Shown: positions 1 to 6,610 of the stretch, one piece after another | How positions within the stretch are numbered: the first letter of the stretch is position 1 | Layout: every line of letters begins with the position of its first letter | Source: an uncultured Solirubrobacterales bacterium | GTDB taxonomy: Bacteria; Actinomycetota; Thermoleophilia; Solirubrobacterales; Solirubrobacteraceae | Length of the DNA: 64,000 nucleotides | Reading direction: 5' to 3' | Assembly: GCA_963747875.1 (NCBI GenBank) | Contig: CAVVGU010000002.1 | Location: forward strand, 70,829-134,828 | Position numbers and translations under genes: made by a program | Notes under the pieces: generated by a model | Database searches by the model: none | Told to the model about the DNA's origin: nothing | What the model saw: the letters and a program-made list of their open reading frames with translations, nothing else

Positions 1-32
1 GAGGCCTCGCACGCATTCCTCGGGCGTCGCCC

Positions 33-61
33 TTGACACATACTCAAAAGTAGATATACTC
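33..61 (+). promoter_or_regulatory. candidate promoter of the P450 gene (TTGACA-16 nt-TATACT) with a duplicated ATACTC hexamer
   Basis: TTGACA at 33-38 and TATACT at 55-60 lie in a locally AT-rich patch about 40 nt upstream of ATG 98. ATACTC occurs at 40-45 and 56-61. This is a motif match only. Confidence 0.35.
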
Positions 62-97
62 ATCGGTACGGTCATTCTAGTGCAAGGAGCGCTCCCC

Positions 98-1462
98 ATG
101 AAGAGCCAGCTTCCCCCGGGCCCACGCATGCCGAAGGCGTTGCAGACAATCGGTTTCTGGAACCGCCCCAACGCCTTCCCCGAGCGCTGCGCGGCGCGCT
201 ACGGCCGCCGCTTCACGCTGCGCATCCTCGGCCAGCCCCCGTTCGTAGTGCTCTCGGATCCGGATGAGATCAAGGAAGTCTTCCAGGCGCCCCCCGACGT
301 CCTGCACCCCGGCGAGGGGGCGCGGATCCTCGAACCGGTCCTGGGCCGCCACTCGGTGATCCTGCTCGACGAGGAGCCCCACCTGGCGCAGCGCAAGCTG
401 CTCTTGCCCGCCTTCCAGGGTGAGCGGATGCAGCGCCTCGCGGGGCTGATGGCGGAGCTCGCCGAGCGCGAGGTCGACTCGTGGCCGCGTGGGGAGGCGG
501 TCGCACTGCACCCGCGGCTGCAGCGGCTGACGCTCGAGATCGTGCTGCGCGCGGTCTTCGGCCTGGAGCAGGGCTCACAGCTGGACGAGCTGCGGGAACT
601 GCTCACGGGGATCCTCGCGTTCGCCGAGAACCCGCTGTCGATGCTGCCCCGCCCCCCGCGCCCGTTGACACTTCGTGGGCCGATCGCGCGCCAGGATCGA
701 CTGCACGCGCGCACCGACGAACTGATCTATGCGCTGATCGACGAGCGCCGGCGCGCGGGCGCGGAGGGCGAGGACGTGCTCGCGCTGTTACTTGGCGCCG
801 AACACGAGGACGGCTCGCCGATGAGCCCCGAGGAGCTGCGCGACGAGCTGATGACCGCGCTGGTGGCGGGCCACGAGACGACCGCCTCGGAGCTCGCGTG
901 GGGGTTCGAGCGGCTCGCCCGCGAGCCGGCGGTGCTGCAGCGCCTCTACCGAGAGCTTGGGGATGCGGACTCCGACGAGGCGTATCTCACGGCGACCGTC
1001 CAGGAGATCCTGCGCCTGCGCCCGGTGCTGCCCAACGCCGAGCCCCGCCTGGTCAAGCGCCCCGTGGAGATCGGCGGCTTTCGCTACCAGCCGGGAGCGG
1101 TGCTGTTCGCGCACATCCACCTGCTCCACCACAACCCCGAGCTCTACCCCGAGCCCCGCGCGTTCCGACCCGAGCGGTTCATCGAGGCCGAGGGCGGCAA
1201 GGCGCCGGGCACGTATACGTGGATCCCCTTCGGGGGCGGGCGGCGGCGCTGCCTGGGCGCGAGCTTCGCGCTGCTGGAGATGAAGCTCGTGCTGCGCGCG
1301 GTGCTGGAGCGTTGCGAGCTGAGCCCCGCGGGCGTGCGCCCCGAGCGCACGCGCCGGCGCAACATCACGGTCAGCCCAGCCGGCGGCTGCAAGGTGATCC
1401 TGCGCGAGCGCCCCGCCGCAAAGGCGCCCGCCGCGCCGCCGCCGGTGCTCGCCGCGGCCTGA
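98..1462 (+). CDS. cytochrome P450 monooxygenase
   Basis: The track ORF is 80-1462. I prefer ATG 98 because AAGGAG lies at 84-89. The I-helix AGHETT, an ExxR motif (EILRLR) and the Cys-ligand loop FGGGRRRCLGASFA are all present. Confidence 0.9.
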   Translation: MKSQLPPGPRMPKALQTIGFWNRPNAFPERCAARYGRRFTLRILGQPPFVVLSDPDEIKEVFQAPPDVLHPGEGARILEPVLGRHSVILLDEEPHLAQRKLLLPAFQGERMQRLAGLMAELAEREVDSWPRGEAVALHPRLQRLTLEIVLRAVFGLEQGSQLDELRELLTGILAFAENPLSMLPRPPRPLTLRGPIARQDRLHARTDELIYALIDERRRAGAEGEDVLALLLGAEHEDGSPMSPEELRDELMTALVAGHETTASELAWGFERLAREPAVLQRLYRELGDADSDEAYLTATVQEILRLRPVLPNAEPRLVKRPVEIGGFRYQPGAVLFAHIHLLHHNPELYPEPRAFRPERFIEAEGGKAPGTYTWIPFGGGRRRCLGASFALLEMKLVLRAVLERCELSPAGVRPERTRRRNITVSPAGGCKVILRERPAAKAPAAPPPVLAAA

Positions 1463-1465
1463 GCC

Positions 1466-1831
1466 CTACTCCACCACCCGCGAGGGTGCCTCGCCCCACA
1501 GTTGCTCGAGGCGGTAGAACTCGCGCGTGACCGGCGTGAAGATGTGCAGCACGACGTCGAGGTAGTCCATCAGGACCCACTGGCCGCGCCCCAGCCCTTC
1601 CACCCGCCGGGGGAAGATGCCGTGCTCGCGCTTGCATCCCTCGTGGACGCCATCGTGGATCGCCTTCACCTGGCGGTCGGTGTTTCCAGAGCAGACCAGG
1701 AAGAAGTCGGTGTACCCCACCAGGCCGCGCATGTCGAGCTCCAGAACCTCGTGCGCCTTCTTGTCCAGGGCGTAGCGGGCGATCTCACCGGCGAGCTCCT
1801 TGGGCGTGAGAGCTTGGACCGTGGCGCTCAC
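1466..1831 (-). CDS. rsfS: ribosomal silencing factor RsfS (iojap family)
   Basis: Contains GYTDFFLVCSGNTDRQVKAI and WVLMDYLDVVLHIF, typical of RsfS. The GTG start overlaps the nadD stop (GTGA, 1828-1831). The nadD-rsfS pairing is the classic arrangement. Confidence 0.85.
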   Translation of the reverse strand: MSATVQALTPKELAGEIARYALDKKAHEVLELDMRGLVGYTDFFLVCSGNTDRQVKAIHDGVHEGCKREHGIFPRRVEGLGRGQWVLMDYLDVVLHIFTPVTREFYRLEQLWGEAPSRVVE

Positions 1832-2487
1832 GATACTCCCGCTCCGGCGGGCGCGCGATAGAGATGGTGCTCGGCGATGTAGGCGGCGACCGCGGGCCCC
1901 ACGAGCTCCCCGACGGGTAGGCGGCGGCCGACGCGCTCGCGCACCAGGGAGGAGGAGACGTCATCGACGGGCATGCTCAGGAACATGATTGGAAAGCCGC
2001 TCGGCTCAGCCGCTCCGGGACGCAGCGCGACGGCGAAATCGGCAAGCGCCGGCAGCTTGTCGGACTCCTGCCAGGCGGACAGGGTGCGAGCGGCGTCGGC
2101 TCCGAGGATGAATGTGATTTCGATATCGGGATGCGCAGCATGGAGTGCTCTCAGAGTATCCACCGTGTAAGACGGGCCGTCCCGCTCGATCTCCAGCGCG
2201 CAGACCTCCACCCCCTCGACGCCGGCGACCGCGAGACGGCACATCTCCAGACGACGGACCGGTCCGGGATCATCCTCGGCGGGCTTGCCGGGGGAGCGGC
2301 GGGCCGGCATCAGCAGCACGCGATCGAGCTCGAGCTCCGCACGGGCGTGGCGCGCGAGCGCGAGGTGCCCGAGGTGGGGCGGGTTGAAGGTGCCGCCGAG
2401 GATGCCGAGGCGGGCGGGGTGCGACTCGCGGGCAACGGCGGGTGTGCTGCCGGCGCCGGGGCGCGAGGCGTCGTGGGAGTCCGCCAT
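1828..2487 (-). CDS. nadD: nicotinate-nucleotide adenylyltransferase
   Basis: GILGGTFNPPHLGHL carries the HxGH nucleotidyltransferase motif. The gene sits between proA and rsfS. Confidence 0.85.
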   Translation of the reverse strand: MADSHDASRPGAGSTPAVARESHPARLGILGGTFNPPHLGHLALARHARAELELDRVLLMPARRSPGKPAEDDPGPVRRLEMCRLAVAGVEGVEVCALEIERDGPSYTVDTLRALHAAHPDIEITFILGADAARTLSAWQESDKLPALADFAVALRPGAAEPSGFPIMFLSMPVDDVSSSLVRERVGRRLPVGELVGPAVAAYIAEHHLYRAPAGAGVS

Positions 2488-2494
2488 GGGCGCC

Positions 2495-3856
2495 TCAGGC
2501 GCGGACGTGCCCGTCGCCCTCGACGAGGTACTTGAAGGTGCACAGCTCGCGGAGCCCGATCGGGCCGCGGGCGTGGAGCTTCTGGGTGGAGTTGCCGATC
2601 TCCGCCCCCATCCCGAACTCGCCCCCGTCGGTGAAGCGGGTGGAGGCGTTGACGTACACGCACGCGGCGTCCACCCCGCGCTGGAAGGCGCGCGCGGCGG
2701 CGGTGTCGCGCGTGAGGATCGCCTCGGAGTGCCCCGAGCCGTAGCGGCCGATGTGCTCGATCGCCTCGTGCACCGAGTCCACCACGCCCACCGCGAGCGT
2801 CAGCGCGAGGTACTCCGTGGCCCAATCCTCCTCGGTTGCGGGCTCCGGTAGCGGCCCCGCGCCGGGCAGCCCCCCGGTCGCGAGACCCGCGTTCCCGCCG
2901 GAGGCCCCCGTTGAGCCCTCGCCGCGAGTGCCATTGCTCGACGCGCCGCCGGCCAAGGCCAGCGCGAGCGTGCGCTCGTCCCCGCGCACGAGCACCCCCG
3001 CTTCATGCAGCGCGCGCACGATGCGGGGGATGAACTCCTCCGCGGCGTCGCGGTGCACGAGCAGGGTCTCGGCGGCGTTGCACACGCCGGGGCGCTGGAC
3101 CTTCGCGTTGAGCACGATCCGCTCCGCGGCGTCGAGGTCCGCGGTGGCGTCGACGTAGACGTGGCAGTTGCCCGAGGCGGCGTAGATCACGGGCACCGTC
3201 GCGACCTCTTTGAGCGCCGCCTTCAGTCCCTCTCCCCCGCGCGGGATGATCAGATCGAGGGTGTCGGTCTGCGTGGCGAGCTCGGCGAGCTCCTCGCGCC
3301 CGCCGCCCGCGACGAGGCTCACGCAGCCCGCGGGCAGCCCTGCGGCGACGGCGGCCTCGGCGGCGATCGCGGCGAGCACCGCGTTGGAGTGCGCGGCGGT
3401 CGAGGAGCCCCGCAGCACGATCGCGTTGCCGGCCTTCAGGCAGAGCGCGGCGGCGTCGATCGTGACGTTGGGCCGCGCCTCGTAGACGACCGCGATCACG
3501 CCGAGCGGCACGCGCACCTTGCGCACGTCGAGGCCGTTGGGCAGCCGCCGCCCGTCGATCGCCTCCCCCACGGGGTCGGGCAGCGCCGCGATCTGGCGCA
3601 CCGCGGCGGCGATCGCGCCGATCCGCGTGGGGTCCAGGGCGAGGCGGTCGAGCAGCGCGTCGCCGATCCCCGTCTCCCGCCCGGCCTGCACGTCGAGCGC
3701 GTTGGCTGCCAGGATCTCCGGCGTGCGCGCGATCAGCGCGTCGGCGATCGCCTCCAGCGCGGCGTCCTTGACCGCGGTATCGACCGCGGCGAGTCGGCGC
3801 GCGGCGCGCTTCGCTGCGGCGCAGAGCTCGGGGATGGAGGTGGTTGCGAGGGCCAT
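2495..3856 (-). CDS. proA: gamma-glutamyl phosphate reductase
   Basis: Aldehyde-dehydrogenase-type core with NCHVYVD and the catalytic-Cys region RPGVCNAAETLLVH. I moved the start to ATG 3856 (MALATTSIPEL, GGAGGAA immediately upstream). The 559-aa track ORF extends into a non-coding-looking AT-rich spacer. Confidence 0.9.
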   Translation of the reverse strand: MALATTSIPELCAAAKRAARRLAAVDTAVKDAALEAIADALIARTPEILAANALDVQAGRETGIGDALLDRLALDPTRIGAIAAAVRQIAALPDPVGEAIDGRRLPNGLDVRKVRVPLGVIAVVYEARPNVTIDAAALCLKAGNAIVLRGSSTAAHSNAVLAAIAAEAAVAAGLPAGCVSLVAGGGREELAELATQTDTLDLIIPRGGEGLKAALKEVATVPVIYAASGNCHVYVDATADLDAAERIVLNAKVQRPGVCNAAETLLVHRDAAEEFIPRIVRALHEAGVLVRGDERTLALALAGGASSNGTRGEGSTGASGGNAGLATGGLPGAGPLPEPATEEDWATEYLALTLAVGVVDSVHEAIEHIGRYGSGHSEAILTRDTAAARAFQRGVDAACVYVNASTRFTDGGEFGMGAEIGNSTQKLHARGPIGLRELCTFKYLVEGDGHVRA

Positions 3857-3914
3857 TTCCTCCACACAGGGTACGACAGCGGGCGCGGCCCCGAGCGCGG
3901 AGAGGTCCGCACAC

Positions 3915-3960
3915 AGTAAACAAAAAACAGAGTTGCGTCTGACCATCGTTACACGCAACT
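3915..3960 (-). terminator. terminator/attenuator-like hairpin plus T-tract between proB and proA
   Basis: On the minus strand, AGTTGCGT (3960-3953) pairs with ACGCAACT (3938-3931) around a 14-nt loop and is followed by CTGTTTTTTGTTTAC. The region is AT-rich in a very GC-rich genome. The loop is large, so this is weak. Confidence 0.3.
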
Positions 3961-4166
3961 TCAAAAAAGATATATGTACATGCACCTCCCCCACCCCCCA
4001 AGCCGCCAAGCCCCAAGTCCCAAGTCCCCCCACCTCCCGATCACCCCGCCTCCGCCCTACCCGCAGCGCCGAGGCGCTGCGGGTCCACACCGCCCGGGCA
4101 CGGGCCACGAACGCCGCGGGCAGCCGGAGGCTGCTCATCATCAAAAAATTGGCGGCGACGCCCCGG

Positions 4167-5261
4167 TTAGGCAAGCACGAGCTGGTCGCGGTGCACAGCC
4201 TCCTCGGTAGCGTGCGGGAGGATCTGGCGGACTGCCTCGGACTGGAGGCCCTGCGCGCGGCGGAGCTCCGCGGCGGTGTAGTTGCAGAGGCCCTTGGCGA
4301 TCACGGGGCCGTCGCGCTCGGCGATCTCGACGGCCTCGCCGGCGTCGAAGTCCCCGCGGACCTCGACGACGCCGACGGGCAGGAGGCTGGTGCCGCGCTC
4401 GCGCAGCGCCCTGGCTGCCCCGGCGTCGACGAGCAGGGTGCCGCGCGCGGGCTTGGCGTAGCGCAGCCACAGCTTGAACGAGTTGTGGCGCGCGCCCCCG
4501 GGGTGAAAGCGGGTGCCCTCGGGCGCGCCCGCGAGCGCGGCCTCCAGGGCCCCGGGGCGCACGCCGTTACAGATCACCGCCGCGATCCCCGCCGCGCCGG
4601 CGACCTCCGCGGCGAGCACCTTCGAGCGCATCCCCCCCGAGCCCAGCGGCGAGGTGGAGTCGCCGATGGTGAGACCGTCGAGCTCCGCGAGGTCGTGCAC
4701 GTCGCGGATCAGCTGCGCCCCGGGGTCGATCCGCGGGTCGGCGCTGTGCAGCCCGTCGATGTCGGTGAGCAGCACCAGCAGCTGCGCCCCCACCAGCACC
4801 GCCACGTGCGCGGCGAGGAAGTCGTTGTCCCCGAAGGAGATCTCGTCGGTCGCGGTGGTGTCGTTCTCGTTGGCCACCGCGACGACCCCCCAGTCGAGCA
4901 GCTGGCGCAGGGTGTGGCGCGCGTTGAGGTACTGCGCGCGCCCCGCGATGTCCCCGACCGTGAGCAGCACCTGCGCCGAGGTCACCCCCCGCGCGCGCAG
5001 CAGCTCGTCGTACGCGCGGTACAGCTTCCCCTGCCCCACCGCGGAGGCCGCCTGCAACTCCGGGATCGCGGTCGGGCGCGCGGGCAGCCCCAAGATCTGC
5101 ACCCCCCGCGCGATCGCCCCCGAGGAGACCAGCACGCACTCCTCCCCCGCCCCCCGCAGCGCCGCCACCGTGTCGCAGATCCGCTCGAGGACGTCCACGC
5201 GCAGCTCCCCGTCCGCGCGGGCCACGATCGACGAGCCGAGCTTGATGACCACCGTTCGCAT
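4167..5261 (-). CDS. proB: glutamate 5-kinase with C-terminal PUA-like domain
   Basis: The N-terminus MRTVVIKLGSSIV, the amino-acid-kinase motifs (VLVSSGAIA) and the C-terminal LLPVGVVEVRGDF are typical. The start is set at ATG 5261, which is shorter than the 406-aa track ORF. Confidence 0.9.
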   Translation of the reverse strand: MRTVVIKLGSSIVARADGELRVDVLERICDTVAALRGAGEECVLVSSGAIARGVQILGLPARPTAIPELQAASAVGQGKLYRAYDELLRARGVTSAQVLLTVGDIAGRAQYLNARHTLRQLLDWGVVAVANENDTTATDEISFGDNDFLAAHVAVLVGAQLLVLLTDIDGLHSADPRIDPGAQLIRDVHDLAELDGLTIGDSTSPLGSGGMRSKVLAAEVAGAAGIAAVICNGVRPGALEAALAGAPEGTRFHPGGARHNSFKLWLRYAKPARGTLLVDAGAARALRERGTSLLPVGVVEVRGDFDAGEAVEIAERDGPVIAKGLCNYTAAELRRAQGLQSEAVRQILPHATEEAVHRDQLVLA

Positions 5262-5511
5262 CAGTGGGCTGGAGGGTAGATGCCGCGCGCGCCGGCTGCC
5301 CTCTCGGGGCCGTCCGCCCCGGGGCCGTCCTCGATGTTTTTTGGATGAGGACCCCTCCGGGGTCCCCGCGGCGTGCGTGGCCCGCACCCGCGCGGTGCGT
5401 CAGGACTAGCCACGGCACCTGGAGCCATCACCGAAGTCGTGTTATAAACGCCAATCATTACAGGGTCTCCGTAATGACCCAAAATTCGGGCAAGGAGCTC
5501 GGCGCGGGGAC

Positions 5512-6582
5512 TCAGCCCTCCACGATGCCGCCCTGCGCGTGGATCGTGCGCTGCAACTGCTCCCCGCGCAGCGTGAGCCGCCACGCGTTCGGCCCCCCAC
5601 GGCCGACCTCGCCGTCGCCGCCGTTGAGGATCAGCCCCAGGTGCAGCAGGCGCTGCAGCAGCTTCGAGGTCTGGCCCTGGTCCGCGATCCCCGCAGCGTC
5701 ACCCACCTGACGGTTCGACGCCCCCGGCCGCGCGGCGATCGCCAGCAGCACCCGCACCGTACGGTAGGTCAGGCGCATGTCCAGGCCCCTCAGCGGGTCC
5801 TCGCGCACACCGGGCCTCGCCGCCCGGACCTTCGGCGCGGGCCGCGCAAGCTCCCGAGCCGCCGCCGCCGACCCCAGGTAGGGCAGCACGACCATCCCCA
5901 TCAGCGGGCTCGCCAGGCTCGTCAACGGGAGTCCGTTGCGGGCCGGCGCCGCACCGCGCGTCCGCGCACCAGCACGCGTAGGCGCCCCGTCCGAGACCGA
6001 CTCAGAGCCCCGCGCCATCCCCGCGCCCCGCTCGGACAGGCGCGTGTGCAGCACCGCGAGCACCGCGCCGACGACACCCTCTCCCGTCAGCGGCGCCACC
6101 TCCCCGCGTCTGGCTTCCCCGCGGCCCTCCTCGACCACGGCGACGAGCACCCGCACCACCTCCGCACGGCGCTCCAACGCCCGCGGGCCCGCGCCGAGCG
6201 CATGCACCACACAAAGCGCGCCGAGATCGGGCTCCTCGTCGAAGAACCCCAGCAGCGCCACCAGCGCGCCGCGCACCCGCTCGCGCCAGCGCCCCGCGCC
6301 CTCCCACGCAGGCAGCACCCGCGCCGCTGCGCGCTCCACCGCCTGATCGAACGCCGCCAGAAAACACTCCTCGCGGTCCGCGAACAGTTCGTAGAACGTC
6401 CGGCGCGAAACGCCCGCGCGGGCGACAATGTGCGCGACCGTCGCGCCCCCGGCGCCGCGCTCGGCCACCACCTCACAGAGTGCGCCGAGGACCCGCGTGC
6501 GCTGGATCTCATCGACCTGCTCGCGCGCGAAGGAGACACCCTCCTCCCCGACCCGCAGCCGGGTGACGCTTTTCCTCGACAC
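5512..6582 (-). CDS. type R1: dual-HTH regulator (TetR-type N-terminal HTH plus C-terminal MarR-like winged helix)
   Basis: The N-terminus TVAHIVARAGVSRRTFYELFADREECFLAAF is a TetR_N signature. The C-terminus LTYRTVRVLLAIAARPGASNRQVGDAAGIADQGQTSKLLQRLLHLGLI looks like a MarR/ArsR-type wHTH. A Gly/Arg/Ala-rich linker joins them. The GTG start lies 28 nt downstream of the A1 stop. Confidence 0.8.
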   Translation of the reverse strand: MSRKSVTRLRVGEEGVSFAREQVDEIQRTRVLGALCEVVAERGAGGATVAHIVARAGVSRRTFYELFADREECFLAAFDQAVERAAARVLPAWEGAGRWRERVRGALVALLGFFDEEPDLGALCVVHALGAGPRALERRAEVVRVLVAVVEEGRGEARRGEVAPLTGEGVVGAVLAVLHTRLSERGAGMARGSESVSDGAPTRAGARTRGAAPARNGLPLTSLASPLMGMVVLPYLGSAAAARELARPAPKVRAARPGVREDPLRGLDMRLTYRTVRVLLAIAARPGASNRQVGDAAGIADQGQTSKLLQRLLHLGLILNGGDGEVGRGGPNAWRLTLRGEQLQRTIHAQGGIVEG

Positions 6583-6610
6583 GCCGTTGGCGACCCGTGC
6601 GATGGCTCAC

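Noticed and set aside
2495-4174. Longest-ORF starts for proA, proB (to 5387), mreB (to 51761), folC (to 55681), tig (to 59687), VOC (to 63597) and B2/B3/B4
   Set aside because: In each case the conserved N-terminus or signal peptide begins at an internal start with a plausible Shine-Dalgarno sequence. The upstream parts run into spacers or neighbouring genes.
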